Shown: positions 28,430-38,452 of the stretch, one piece after another
Layout: the number at the start of each line of letters is the position of its first letter
How positions within the stretch are numbered: the stretch's first letter is position 1
DNA from: Candidatus Micrarchaeia archaeon
GTDB lineage: Archaea; Micrarchaeota; Micrarchaeia; Burarchaeales; JACRGF01
Direction of reading: 5' to 3'
Assembly: GCA_038870455.1 (NCBI GenBank)
Contig: JAWCPB010000001.1
Location: forward strand, 21,449-85,448
DNA length: 64,000 bases
The notes under the pieces: model-generated
The model's input: the letters and a program-made list of their open reading frames with translations, nothing else
Databases searched by the model: none
What the model was told of the DNA's origin: nothing
Position numbers and translations under genes: made by a program

Positions 28430-29697
28430 GCAACCGCCTTCTCGACCACCGCAACAAATTCGTCGATGTCCGCGCTGGTCGTGGTTTCAGTTGCGCACAG
28501 CAGCCACTCCCGCCTGCCGAGCGGAATCCCTCCGAGCATGCCTTTCTTCAGCAGAGCTTTGTTGAGTTTCTTTGGCGAGACGGGCGTGCTGGCCGCAAAC
28601 TCGTTGTAAAAAGGCTTGTCATGGAGGAGGGCGAAGCCGAGGGAGGCAAGCCTGCTCTGGAGCTCGTGCGCTCTCTTGAAGGAAAGCGCGGCAACCCTTT
28701 GGAGACCGCTTTTTCCGAGGAGAGCCAGGTAAATCGTTGCGGCGAGCGTGTTGAGCGCGTGATTGGTGCAGATGTTTGAAGTCGCCCTCTCCCTCCTGAT
28801 GTGCTGCTCCCTCGCCTGCAGGGTGAGGATGAAGCCCCTCTGCCCTCTTGAATCGACAGTCATCCCGGCAAGCCTTCCTGGCATCTTCTTTACGTGCTCG
28901 CTCCTCACCGCCATGAAAGCACCGTAGGGGCCTCCGAAATTCAACCCGTTGCCAAAGGCCTGCAGCTCTCCGACAACAATATCCGCGCCATAGTCCCCCG
29001 GGGGCTTGAGGAGCGCGAGCGAAGTCGGGTCAGAGACCGCCACAACCAAAAGCGCGCCCGCCGCGTGTGCGGCTTCAGCGAATTCATCCACCCTCTCAAT
29101 GCAGCCGAAGTAATTCGGATTCTGAACAATCGCGCATGCGGTTTTTTCTGAAATCTTTTTTCCAATCCTGAAGCCGCATGATTTCGCATATGTTCTCAGC
29201 GTCTTTTCGTATTCCGGGTTCAGCGGGTTGGCGATGAACGCCTCGCGCCTGCCCGTTTCCGAGCGCGAGAGGAAAAAGGCTTCGGCGAGCGCAGAGCCGG
29301 TCTCGTAGAGGCCTGCGTTTGCGGCGTCCATGCCGGTGAGCAGACAGATCAGAGTCTGGAATTCGTAGATTGCCTGGAGAGTCCCCTGGCTGACCTCCGG
29401 CTGGTATGGTGTATAAGCGGTGTAGAATTCTCCCCTGAGGAGAAGGTGATTGACTGCGGAAGGAATGTAATGATTATAGGCCCCCCCTCCACGGAAAACC
29501 CGCAGGAGCTTGTTCTTCTCACTCAGGGCCTTCATATGGCTTGCGAGCTCCAGCTCGCTCATCGGCTGCGGGAGGTCGAGTGGCCTGTTAAGCAAGGGAG
29601 CGAGCCCTGCTTTCTGGATGAGCTCATTCACGCTCGCCGCGCCAACTGCAGAGAGCATGGCGCGTTTGTCTTCTTCGGTCAGGGGAATGAAGTTCAT
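28426..29697 (-). CDS. gcvPA: glycine dehydrogenase (decarboxylating) subunit 1
   Basis: [33 protein letters not shown]. Confidence 0.96.
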   Translation of the reverse strand: MNFIPLTEEDKRAMLSAVGAASVNELIQKAGLAPLLNRPLDLPQPMSELELASHMKALSEKNKLLRVFRGGGAYNHYIPSAVNHLLLRGEFYTAYTPYQPEVSQGTLQAIYEFQTLICLLTGMDAANAGLYETGSALAEAFFLSRSETGRREAFIANPLNPEYEKTLRTYAKSCGFRIGKKISEKTACAIVQNPNYFGCIERVDEFAEAAHAAGALLVVAVSDPTSLALLKPPGDYGADIVVGELQAFGNGLNFGGPYGAFMAVRSEHVKKMPGRLAGMTVDSRGQRGFILTLQAREQHIRRERATSNICTNHALNTLAATIYLALLGKSGLQRVAALSFKRAHELQSRLASLGFALLHDKPFYNEFAASTPVSPKKLNKALLKKGMLGGIPLGRREWLLCATETTTSADIDEFVAVVEKAVA

Positions 29698-29708
29698 GGC
29701 AAAAACCG

Positions 29709-30083
29709 TTAGTGCTGAGGTGCGCTCTTCGTGTATTCTTCGTACGCCTTTTCATCCATCAGCTTGTCGAGTTCTTTGAGGTTGGCCGGCTTGAGCTTGA
29801 CCATCCAGCCCTTCTCGTACGGGGATTGATTGACCAGTTGGGGAGCAGTGAGCAGCTCGGAATTCACCTCGACTACCTCCCCGGATACCGGAGCGTATAC
29901 GTCGCTGCTCGCCTTCATGGAATCGACAACAGCGATGGAATCGCCCTGTTTGAACTTGGCGCCGACCTTCGGGAGCTCGAGCGAGACGATGTCGCCCAAG
30001 GCCTTTTGGGCGAAGTCCGTGATTCCGACAAACGCAAGCCCTTCCTTGATTTCCACCCACTCGTGTTCTTTGGTGAATCTCAT
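29709..30083 (-). CDS. gcvH: glycine cleavage system H protein
   Basis: FTKEHEW, GITDFAQKALGDIV, lipoyl-Lys DSMKA, VNQSPYEKGW. Confidence 0.96.
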   Translation of the reverse strand: MRFTKEHEWVEIKEGLAFVGITDFAQKALGDIVSLELPKVGAKFKQGDSIAVVDSMKASSDVYAPVSGEVVEVNSELLTAPQLVNQSPYEKGWMVKLKPANLKELDKLMDEKAYEEYTKSAPQH

Positions 30084-30102
30084 CCTACTCGCCTCCCAAC
30101 AC

Positions 30103-31188
30103 CTACTTTCTTTCAATTTTATAAAATCTATGGCTTGTTGTCCTCGCCGGGAAAAGCCTCTCTCTTATTTTGATTTGAATCTGGCTCCCGAGAGGCAAAT
30201 CCACGGGAACAAAACAAAAGCCGATGGGCTTGCCGAGCGTCGGGGAGAAAGTGCCGCTCGTCACCACGTCGAATTGTTTCCCGTTCACGAAAACCTCGTT
30301 GCCATGCCTGGGGACAGCGCGCTCTAGAAGCTCAAACCCCACCAGCTTGCGCTTTGGAGGGTTTGCGAGAAGCGCCCCTTTGCCGATGAAATCCCCTTTG
30401 TCGAACTTGACCGTCCATGCCAGGGGCGCCTCGAGCGGGGTGATGTCATCCGTTATGTCGTTCCCATACAGCATGAGGCCCGCCTCAAGGCGCAGCGTGT
30501 CGCGCGCGCCCAGCCCGCAGGGCTTTATGCCGAACTCCGCGCCGGCTTCCATGAGCGCGTGCCACATCTTTTCAGCATGCTCGGGGGAAAAGTAAATCTC
30601 GAAGCCGTCTTCTCCAGTGTAGCCTGTCCTCGAGACGAGGCAGGGCACGCCCGCGACAGGAAATTCGGCGAAGTGGAAGTAGGCGATGGAAGAGAGGTTG
30701 AAATCGGTGAGCTTCTGCAGAGTCGCCTGTGCCTTAGGCCCCTGCAGCGCGAGCTCCGCTACCTCGCTGCTGATGTTGCGCAACTCCGCCCCCTGCCGAT
30801 TGTGTGCGTTCATCCAAGCCCAGTCCTTGTCGGTGGTGGAGGCGTTTACCACAATGAAAAAATCGTCGGCTTTCCGGCGATATACGAGCAGGTCATCCAC
30901 AACACCCCCTCGCTCGTTGCACATTGGGGAGTAGAGGGCCTGTCCGTCGGCGAGTTTTGAGGCATCGTTTGTGATGATGTGCTGAATGAAGGCGAGCGCG
31001 TTTTCTCCCTTCACTTCAATCTCCCCCATGTGCGAAACATCGAAGAGCCCCACTGCTTTTCTCACGGCATCGTGTTCTTCTATGATGGAGGAATACTGTA
31101 CGGGCATCTCCCACCCGCCGAATTCCACCATCTTGGCGCCCAACGAACGATGGATGGCGTTGAACGGTGTGCTCTTCATCGGAACCAC
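30103..31188 (-). CDS. gcvT: glycine cleavage system aminomethyltransferase T
   Basis: FGGWEMPVQY, FDVSHMGE, SRTGYTGEDGFE, GLGARDTLRLEAG. Alternative ATG at 31179. Confidence 0.96.
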   Translation of the reverse strand: MVPMKSTPFNAIHRSLGAKMVEFGGWEMPVQYSSIIEEHDAVRKAVGLFDVSHMGEIEVKGENALAFIQHIITNDASKLADGQALYSPMCNERGGVVDDLLVYRRKADDFFIVVNASTTDKDWAWMNAHNRQGAELRNISSEVAELALQGPKAQATLQKLTDFNLSSIAYFHFAEFPVAGVPCLVSRTGYTGEDGFEIYFSPEHAEKMWHALMEAGAEFGIKPCGLGARDTLRLEAGLMLYGNDITDDITPLEAPLAWTVKFDKGDFIGKGALLANPPKRKLVGFELLERAVPRHGNEVFVNGKQFDVVTSGTFSPTLGKPIGFCFVPVDLPLGSQIQIKIRERLFPARTTSHRFYKIERK

Positions 31189-31231
31189 GCTCTCGGGAAT
31201 GATTTAAAGTCATTTTTTATAATTACCTGTC

Positions 31232-32581
31232 ATGACCTCGCTCACCTTTTTCGGTGGCGTGAATGAGATAGGCGGCAACAAAATACTCATCGAGGACCGA
31301 GCTACGCGCGTCTTCCTTGATTTTGGCCAGTCCTTTACGCTGCTTGATGGTTTTTTCGTGCCCGAGGCCTTCCTCAAGCCCCGCGAGCGGTTCGGCCTGC
31401 GCGACCTGCTCGCGCTCGGCCTCATACCGAGCCTTCCCGGCCTTTATTCAAAAAAGGCGCTGTCGCACTCAGAACTGAAATTCAGCGACCCCAAGTTCCA
31501 CGGCATCTTCATCACACATGCGCACTTTGACCACGTGGCGCACCTCGAGTACCTGCATCCAGAAATCCCCATTTACCTCGGCGAGTGCACAAAGCTCATC
31601 TTGGACTCGATGCAGCAGACCATGGCCGGCGTGGAGCTTTACTCCGAGGAAAACAAGATTGAAACCTTCAGGACTGGCAAGGAAATCAGGGTGGATTCGA
31701 TTTCCCTCAAGCCTTTTCATGTGGACCACTCGGTCCCGGGCGCATACGGCTACATCGTGGCAACGAGCGAGGGCACGATGGCCTACACCGGCGACCTGCG
31801 CATGCACGGTCCGCGCGCCGACATGACGGGCGAGTTCGTGGAAAAGGCGGGCGAGAGCGATGCCGACGCCCTCATCATCGAGGGCACGCGCGTGCAGCCC
31901 GAGGAAAAGAGAAAGAATCACTCCGAGCAGGTGGTGTTGGAGGAGTCGATGAGGCTGGCGCGCGAGAGCAAGGGGTTCATACTCGCCATGCGCTACCCGC
32001 GCGACATAGACCGCTTCCGCACCTTCTATACGGTGGCTAAGGCGACGGGCAGGCAGCTCGTGATCTCGACAAAAACAGCACATCTTTTGCGCACGCTTCA
32101 GCGAGACCCACAGCTCAGGCTGCCCGACCCCCTCTCGGACCCCAACCTGCTCATCCACGACAGGCGCCTGCTCAGGCCCGGGCTGTGGGAGGAGCCCTTT
32201 CTCCAGCATGCCGTAACCTCGGGTTTTATCCGGGAAAATCAGTCAAAGCTGATTGTTGAGCTTGACTTCTATGCCCTGCCCGAGCTCATCGACATCCGCC
32301 CCGCGGGCGGAGACTGCATTCACTCCATGAGCGAGCCGTTCGAGGAGGATCCCCTCTCTCAAATTTCTGACGAGGTGCTCGACAACTGGCTGAATCTGTT
32401 CGGCTTAAGGAAACACCAGCTGCATGCCTCCGGCCATGCCAGCAAGAGCCAGATTTTCGAGATGATTGAAAGGATAGGGCCGAAGAAAGTCTTCCCAATA
32501 CACACGCTGAACCAGAGCCTATTCAGAGAAGCGAACGAGAAAACAGTGGTGGTGGAAAAGGGGAAAAAATACATTCTGTGA
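31232..32581 (+). CDS. MBL-fold beta-CASP hydrolase (RNase J-like)
   Basis: GGVNEIGGN, THAHFDH, VDHS, YTGD, HASGHA, PIH. Confidence 0.9.
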   Translation: MTSLTFFGGVNEIGGNKILIEDRATRVFLDFGQSFTLLDGFFVPEAFLKPRERFGLRDLLALGLIPSLPGLYSKKALSHSELKFSDPKFHGIFITHAHFDHVAHLEYLHPEIPIYLGECTKLILDSMQQTMAGVELYSEENKIETFRTGKEIRVDSISLKPFHVDHSVPGAYGYIVATSEGTMAYTGDLRMHGPRADMTGEFVEKAGESDADALIIEGTRVQPEEKRKNHSEQVVLEESMRLARESKGFILAMRYPRDIDRFRTFYTVAKATGRQLVISTKTAHLLRTLQRDPQLRLPDPLSDPNLLIHDRRLLRPGLWEEPFLQHAVTSGFIRENQSKLIVELDFYALPELIDIRPAGGDCIHSMSEPFEEDPLSQISDEVLDNWLNLFGLRKHQLHASGHASKSQIFEMIERIGPKKVFPIHTLNQSLFREANEKTVVVEKGKKYIL

Positions 32582-32599
32582 TTTTTGGCGCGACACGAA

Positions 32600-33238
32600 T
32601 TAGGCAGGAACCGTCTCATTCCTGTAAAGAGTCACGCTCCTCGTTTTCGTTACATTGGCCTTCCTGGGGAGCTCAGCGTAATGCACGCCGTCGTGCGGGA
32701 GGATTGTTATCCGCACGTTGCCAAGGTCGATGTAACAGGAGTAGGGTCCGACATACTGCTCGGGCTTGAAGATGCCCGACGGCAGGACCACCTCGCGGCC
32801 AGACAACGCGTACATCTCGGTCACCACGTTGCTCACCCGAAAGTGGAGGTTGTGCTGCGGCGCGCTGTCCATCACGCCATCATACTCAGCATTGAAATAC
32901 ACGTGAAACGGGTTGGGGTTTGACAGCACGAGCGAGGCGGCGCATTCCTCCTCGCTGTCAGAAACGTTCTGCGAGCGCACGATGGACAGGTTCTTCACCT
33001 CCACATTCTGCGGGCCCGCGAGCACGCGCGCCATGAGCTCAACCTCTTCCACATAAGTTTCATTGACTTCATAAGGAACGAGGACCGTGCGCGTGGCCGG
33101 GGTGATGTTTGCAGGAGGCGCGGGCGGGATAATTGGCGGCGTGGCATTCTGCGTGACGTTCGGCGCTGGCGGGGGCGGGAGAAGCGGGCATCCCAGCAGG
33201 AGCATGGCGATGGCAGCCACGAGCGCGAGGCGTTTCAT
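32600..33238 (-). CDS. hypothetical lipoprotein
   Basis: MKRLALVAAIAMLLLGC followed by a Pro-rich linker. Start moved to ATG 33238. Confidence 0.72.
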   Translation of the reverse strand: MKRLALVAAIAMLLLGCPLLPPPPAPNVTQNATPPIIPPAPPANITPATRTVLVPYEVNETYVEEVELMARVLAGPQNVEVKNLSIVRSQNVSDSEEECAASLVLSNPNPFHVYFNAEYDGVMDSAPQHNLHFRVSNVVTEMYALSGREVVLPSGIFKPEQYVGPYSCYIDLGNVRITILPHDGVHYAELPRKANVTKTRSVTLYRNETVPA

Positions 33239-33293
33239 TTTCCCTATTGCACATTGAAAAGCTATCTTTAAATACCAATAACTGCATAAAAAA

Positions 33294-34292
33294 TTGCTCG
33301 TGCAACAAATCACCAAAAGGGAGGCAGCCCGCATCCGCTTCGCCGCGCGTGTTTTTGCCGGTGGCACAAACAAAGATACAGAGGACTTTGAACGCATTCT
33401 GAAAAAGCTCTATGTGGGGGAAGGGCTCGAGAAGAGAAAAACAAAGCCCACTGAGATAGATCCGGACATCGTGGCAGGAAACAAACTTGCTCTGAAAATT
33501 AGAGAACACCCTCTATACGACGAAATTCGTAAGCTTCCCATTGGAAACACAGCGGATCGCGTGACGACTTCTCTTGTTTTTTATTACGGCATTGAAGGCG
33601 AGGATGTTCCGAGGGCCAAAGATTTCGTGAACGCGCTGCTGGAAAAGAACCCGGCCATTAACGAAAGCCCGGCCAAAATCTACGCTGGCTTGAAGTCGCC
33701 ATCGGACGACATTGCCGCGGGTGCGGCCGAAAAGCTCTTTCTCACGCGCTCGCCCAGCGCGCCGCGCATTCTTCTCGCAATGTTGGCCAGCAGCGCCCGT
33801 TCGGGCCGTGCGACGCTGCTTGAGAAGGTCAAGGGCCTGCTGGCAGAGGCTGCGTTGCAGTCAGAAGAAAATTTCAGGAAAATCTCCATAGGGCTGGCGC
33901 GGCTTATTCCAAAAGGAGAGGAAGTCAGGAAGGCCGCCGAGGAAGTGCTGTATGCGCTTTTCTGGCACGACATTCCGGCCTTTCTCACATCGCTTAAGGA
34001 AAGCCGGCTGGCAAAAACGATCATCGCGGGAGGGACGGTCACAGCGCTCGTTGGGCTGGCCCACGCAGGAAGCGAGGGGGTTGAGGCCGCAAGAGCTCTT
34101 TTGGCCAAAAACTTCTGGGGGGCGCTAGCTAACGTCGTCTCGATGGCGCTTAATCTGGTTCCCGCCGCTTTTGGCGCGCTGTTCGCCAACAAATATCTCG
34201 CATCCTACACCGAGCTGGCCAACGATGTACAGACGCTGATAGGCGAGGCCTGGAGAAAAGCGGAAGCGTTCCTTTCCGCCAAAGTCGCGTGA
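33294..34292 (+). CDS. hypothetical alpha-helical protein
   Basis: Long ORF filling the gap, with no recognisable motif. Confidence 0.65.
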   Translation: MLVQQITKREAARIRFAARVFAGGTNKDTEDFERILKKLYVGEGLEKRKTKPTEIDPDIVAGNKLALKIREHPLYDEIRKLPIGNTADRVTTSLVFYYGIEGEDVPRAKDFVNALLEKNPAINESPAKIYAGLKSPSDDIAAGAAEKLFLTRSPSAPRILLAMLASSARSGRATLLEKVKGLLAEAALQSEENFRKISIGLARLIPKGEEVRKAAEEVLYALFWHDIPAFLTSLKESRLAKTIIAGGTVTALVGLAHAGSEGVEAARALLAKNFWGALANVVSMALNLVPAAFGALFANKYLASYTELANDVQTLIGEAWRKAEAFLSAKVA

Positions 34293-34307
34293 GGCGTGCC
34301 GCAAGAC

Positions 34308-35807
34308 CTACTTTTTTCTTCCCTTAAACAACACCGCTAGGTCTTCCTCAATGCTGGCGGTGCTCTTCTCGCTTTCGGTGAGCTTTCCCTCGATTTTCTC
34401 GCGTCTCTCCTCGAGCCTGCGCAGCCTCTCGCCAGCGCTCCTACCGCCCTCCATCTGCTTGAGCAGCTCCTCAAAGCGCGCGCTGATTTCCTTGCTTTCC
34501 TGAATCATCTGCGCCAGGCTCTTCTTGGCAGCATCGGCCTTGGCGTTCAGCGCCTCTTCCTTCTTGAGCACCTGTTTGACCTCGTACTCATGGCTCTCGC
34601 TGAGCTCCTTGAGCTCCTTCAGGTACTTCCGCACGAAGCCCGTTTCCACGGCTTCCCTCAGGGCATTGAACTCGCTCTCGTTTTCCTTCACGTACGCAGT
34701 GAACTCGCCGAACTTCCTCTCGTACTCCTTTTGATAAGCGCTTATCCATTCATCGACCTTGCGCAGCTCGGCGATGGCCTTCTCGAGTTCGGCCACGCGC
34801 GCGTTCTCGCCATGCAGGCGTGCCCTAGCGTCGTCAATGCGCTTCTTGGTTTCGGCCTCGCTCTGCTTGAGCTTGGCGAGCGTTTCCTCCATGTCCTTTA
34901 TTCTCGCGTTCTCAAGCTCGATGCGCTCCCGGGCTTCCTTGATGTGCGCCTTCGTCTCGCGCTCGATGTCGGACAGCCTGGCGAGCGCGTTCTCCATGTC
35001 GTCAAGGCTGGCCGTCTCCTTGGCGATGGTCTTCCTCGCCTCCTCCGAGCTCCTGGTCACGCCGGCCTGCAGCTCGCGCAGCAGGCTCACGGTCTGCTGT
35101 ATCTTGCCGGTGGTCTCGTCGAGCGCCTTCCTGGCCTCCTCCTCCTTCTGCTTCAGCTTGAGCACGTCCAGCTCGACATTGCTTATCATGTCCGGAATCT
35201 CGATGGCCCTCTGGCGCAGGCGCAGAATCTGCGTTTCCTTGGCCTGCAGGCGGTCTTCGAGCGCCTCCAGCTCGGCCTCGAGCCTTTTTGCAATGGGCAG
35301 GTAGGCATCACGCACGAGAGTTTCGCGCTCGCTCTTCAGCTCCTCAATCTCCTTGGCCTTCTGGTTGATTTCGGAAATCTTCGCCTTGAGCGCCTCGGAC
35401 AAATCGACTATCTCCTTGGGCTTGGCCTCGCGCGCCGGCGCGGGCGTCTTGGCCTCAGGCTTTGCCTCCTCGGCCTTGACCGGCTTCTTTATCTCCTGCT
35501 GAATTTCCTTTGCTGACGAGAGAAGCCTCTCGAGCTTTTCCTCAAGCTGCGGCTTTTCCCTCGGCGCTACGGCCTGGGAGAGCGTCGGGAGCCTCGCCTC
35601 GCCCTTCCACACGGCGTAAGCGCGCGTGAGGTGATACTCTATCCTGACGAGGCCCTGTTCCTCGAGCACGCGGCACCACTTCTCGACATCCCTCGTCCCG
35701 AGGCCCGTGCCCTTGGCGAGCTCGCTGACCTCGACGCGTCCCTTTTCCTTGAGCAGCCTCAGCACCCTGTCCACGTCAGTGCTGATGAAAGCATCTTCCT
35801 TCGTCAC
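34308..35807 (-). CDS. N-terminal winged-helix plus long coiled-coil protein
   Basis: TDVDRVLRLLKEKGRVEVSELAK...WCRVLEEQGLV, then about 370 aa of E/K/L heptads. GTG 35807 preferred. Confidence 0.8.
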   Translation of the reverse strand: MTKEDAFISTDVDRVLRLLKEKGRVEVSELAKGTGLGTRDVEKWCRVLEEQGLVRIEYHLTRAYAVWKGEARLPTLSQAVAPREKPQLEEKLERLLSSAKEIQQEIKKPVKAEEAKPEAKTPAPAREAKPKEIVDLSEALKAKISEINQKAKEIEELKSERETLVRDAYLPIAKRLEAELEALEDRLQAKETQILRLRQRAIEIPDMISNVELDVLKLKQKEEEARKALDETTGKIQQTVSLLRELQAGVTRSSEEARKTIAKETASLDDMENALARLSDIERETKAHIKEARERIELENARIKDMEETLAKLKQSEAETKKRIDDARARLHGENARVAELEKAIAELRKVDEWISAYQKEYERKFGEFTAYVKENESEFNALREAVETGFVRKYLKELKELSESHEYEVKQVLKKEEALNAKADAAKKSLAQMIQESKEISARFEELLKQMEGGRSAGERLRRLEERREKIEGKLTESEKSTASIEEDLAVLFKGRKK

Positions 35808-35821
35808 GCAATCCCCCCACA

Positions 35822-36022
35822 CATCAGAACCAACCGATGACTTTTCCGTCAACGCTTTTGCCGGATCGCCGGCAAAAGGGTTGTATCGTTGGTTCCGATA
35901 CCTCCGAACCGCGGGAACCTACGGTTCCCCCAGTTCCAGGTTCCTCCTGACCCCTCCCTTTTCCGTCAACGCTTTTGCCGGATCGCCGGCAAAAGGGTTG
36001 TATCGTTGGTTCCGATACCTCC
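35822..36022. repeat. composite hairpin-repeat cluster: 65-bp perfect direct repeat (35841-35905, 35958-36022) flanking module B (35904-35958), preceded by module C
   Basis: Two identical copies of cttttccgtcaacgcttttgccggatcgccggcaaaagggttgtatcgttggttccgatacctcc, each with internal inverted repeats. Confidence 0.92.
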
Positions 36023-36026
36023 TTTT

Positions 36027-36557
36027 TCATGCAGCGCCCGCAGGCGCGGCGATTATCGAAAACCTCCCGGGAAGCTTGAGCTTTGCCCTCCTCAATGCTT
36101 CTCTCGCGTGGCCAGCTTTCTCGGAAGTGGTTGAGAGGCGAAAGATCACCTGCCCCCTGTGCACCCTCGCCCCCCTGTCCGTGGGCCTGCCGTAAGCATG
36201 ACGCATGCCCTTCTGCAGGCGGTCAGCACCCGCGCCCAGAATCATCTTGTTCTCGCGGATGACGTTATGCGGATAGACATCCACTTTCAAGAAATACCCG
36301 CCCGGAAGCGTCTTCTCCAAGTACTTGTTGGCAGCCTGCCGGGCGCTCTCAAGCGCATTGTCCCTCACCTGCACGCCCTCCTCGGCGACAAGACGGAAGA
36401 GCGAGTCGAAAGCAGGGTTCGCCTGTCCCATGGCATAAATACTGACGGCGTTGTGCGGCAGGGCCTTTACGAAGCTCTTTCTGGGCATTTTCTTGGAGTA
36501 CCTGGTCCAAGCCGCTTTGTTCAAGCTCCTGCAGGTTCTCGCAGGCCGAAGGCCCAT
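36027..36557 (-). CDS. rpl10e: 50S ribosomal protein L10e/uL16
   Basis: MGLRPARTCR, ALESARQAANKYL, RENKMILGAGADRLQKGMRHAYGRP. Confidence 0.96.
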   Translation of the reverse strand: MGLRPARTCRSLNKAAWTRYSKKMPRKSFVKALPHNAVSIYAMGQANPAFDSLFRLVAEEGVQVRDNALESARQAANKYLEKTLPGGYFLKVDVYPHNVIRENKMILGAGADRLQKGMRHAYGRPTDRGARVHRGQVIFRLSTTSEKAGHAREALRRAKLKLPGRFSIIAAPAGAA

Positions 36558-36654
36558 GATAGACACCTCTATTCACAAAAGGCGTGCTAACATTAGCCGC
36601 GAGGCATATATAAAGATAGCGATTTCGTGCGCTTCAAACCACACGGCTCCACCA

Positions 36655-37074
36655 TCACGCTTTCCGTATGCTGGCGATTATCCTCGAGGTCTTGAATATC
36701 CTGCCGTTCAGGCGCTCCCTGATCTTCACGAGCCTTATTCCTTTTTTCCTCAGATTGGCGAAATCGCCTATGGGCTGGTCGTAGCCGAATGCTATTATGT
36801 CGGGCTTAACGCGCCGGACCACGGCGAACTTGTCGCGCGGGCTTCCGATGACGACCTTATCCACGGGCTTCAAGGAGGCGACTATGCGCGCCCTGGCTTT
36901 TGCGGAGTGAATGGGCTGCCTTTTTTTGACGCGCCTAACCGTGGCATCCGCCGCGATGACCACCACGAGGACGTCGCCGAGCTTCTTCGCCTTCTCGAGA
37001 AAGAAAACATGGCCCGGATGCAGGATGTCGAAAACACCGCCCGTGAGTACGACTTTTTTCTTTTTCCCCGGCAT
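36655..37074 (-). CDS. ribL: FAD synthase (cytidylyltransferase family)
   Basis: GGVFDILHPGH, LVVVIAAD, KPDIIAFGYDQ, KTSRI. Confidence 0.8.
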   Translation of the reverse strand: MPGKKKKVVLTGGVFDILHPGHVFFLEKAKKLGDVLVVVIAADATVRRVKKRQPIHSAKARARIVASLKPVDKVVIGSPRDKFAVVRRVKPDIIAFGYDQPIGDFANLRKKGIRLVKIRERLNGRIFKTSRIIASIRKA

Positions 37075-37078
37075 CCTC

Positions 37079-38452
37079 TCAGCCCAGTTTTTTCTTCAGC
37101 AGCCTGGCCACGATGGCCGGGTCCGCTTTTCCCCTCGTCTTCGCCATGACCTTGCCCGCGAGAAAGTTGAGCGCTCTGGCCTCGCCTGCCCTGTAGTCCT
37201 CGCCGGCCTTCGGATGCTCTGCCAGCACTTCCTCAACTATTTTTGCAATCTCGCGCTCGCTATCGATTCTCGCCAGCCCGCCGGCCTCTGCCTCCGCCTT
37301 TGCTGAAGAGATTTTCTTTTCAATGAGTTTGATGAGGAGTTCTTCCGCCACTTTCTCGGTTATTTTTTTGGAGAAAAGAAGCTCGAGGAGCTCGGAAACT
37401 TGTTTTTCGGACAGGCCCGAGTCTTTGAAGGCCAGGTTCCTCCAGTTCAGTTGTTTCTTGAGCGGGCCCCGCATCCAGAAGGCGAGCTCCTGGGGAGGGA
37501 ATTTTTTTGCCAGCGACTCGAATAGATCGGCGAGCTCTTTTTCAGCAACAATAACCCACGCATCCTCCTCCCTTATCCTGTGCTTCCGCGCAATGCGCGC
37601 GCTCCTCTGCCTCGGAAGCTCGGGCAGGCTGAGGGAAGCGACAAGCTGCTGTGGGATGACGAGCGGGGGGATGTCGGGATCCGGGAAGTACCTGTAGTCT
37701 TCGGCGGCTTCCTTCTTCCGCAGGCCGATTGTGATGCCCTGCGCCTCGTCGTAGTGCCGCGTTTCCTGCGTCACCGCCATGCCCTTGGAGAGGAGGGCCT
37801 TCTGTCTGAGAATCTCGTAACTGAGTGCGGTGAATACTCCCTTAAAGGAGTTGATGTTCTTCACCTCGACGCGGCTTCCGCCCGCGAGCGAGATGTTGGC
37901 GTCGATGCGCGTGGAGCCAGCCTCCTCCCTCGCGGCATCCAGGTAGCCGAGTATGGCGGCCAGCTCTTCGAGGAAAGCGCGCGCGGCCTCCGGGGAGCGC
38001 AGGTCGGGCTCGGTGACGATCTCGACGAGCGGAATGCCCGACCTGTTGTAATCCACGAGGCCCTTCTTCAGCTCGTACCTGCCCGGGTCCTCCTCGAGGT
38101 GGAGCTCGCGGATGCGCACGCCCCCGAGCTTTCCATCGACTGCTATGGGCTTGCTGGTTCTCTGGTAGCCTGATGGCAGGTCCGGGTAGAAGTAGTGCTT
38201 TCTCTGAACGTGAATGGGCTTGCCCGTGAATATTTTCGCGCCGAGCGCGCGCGCCGTCCTCAACAGGTTTTCGAGCGCGCGCCGGTTTACGGACATGGGC
38301 TTGGCGCCCGGTTGGCCGGTGCAGACGGGGCAGACGTTCGTGTTCGCCTCCATCCCCTTGTAGCCCGCCCTGCAGGGACAGAATAGCTTGGCCTCGCTCT
38401 TGAGCTGCACGTGAATCTCAAGGCCGATGAGCAGATCTCTTGTTTCAGGCAT
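37079..38452 (-). CDS. gatB: Asp/Glu-tRNA amidotransferase subunit B
   Basis: IGLEIHVQL, RKHYFYPDLP, YNRSGIPLVEIVTEPD, DYRYFPDPD. Confidence 0.96.
   Translation of the reverse strand: MPETRDLLIGLEIHVQLKSEAKLFCPCRAGYKGMEANTNVCPVCTGQPGAKPMSVNRRALENLLRTARALGAKIFTGKPIHVQRKHYFYPDLPSGYQRTSKPIAVDGKLGGVRIRELHLEEDPGRYELKKGLVDYNRSGIPLVEIVTEPDLRSPEAARAFLEELAAILGYLDAAREEAGSTRIDANISLAGGSRVEVKNINSFKGVFTALSYEILRQKALLSKGMAVTQETRHYDEAQGITIGLRKKEAAEDYRYFPDPDIPPLVIPQQLVASLSLPELPRQRSARIARKHRIREEDAWVIVAEKELADLFESLAKKFPPQELAFWMRGPLKKQLNWRNLAFKDSGLSEKQVSELLELLFSKKITEKVAEELLIKLIEKKISSAKAEAEAGGLARIDSEREIAKIVEEVLAEHPKAGEDYRAGEARALNFLAGKVMAKTRGKADPAIVARLLKKKLG

Noticed and set aside
35841-36022. Mini-CRISPR array (repeat-spacer-repeat)
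   Set aside because: The repeats are 65 bp with only two copies, the apparent spacer is itself a dispersed repeat (module B), and there are no cas genes in the window.
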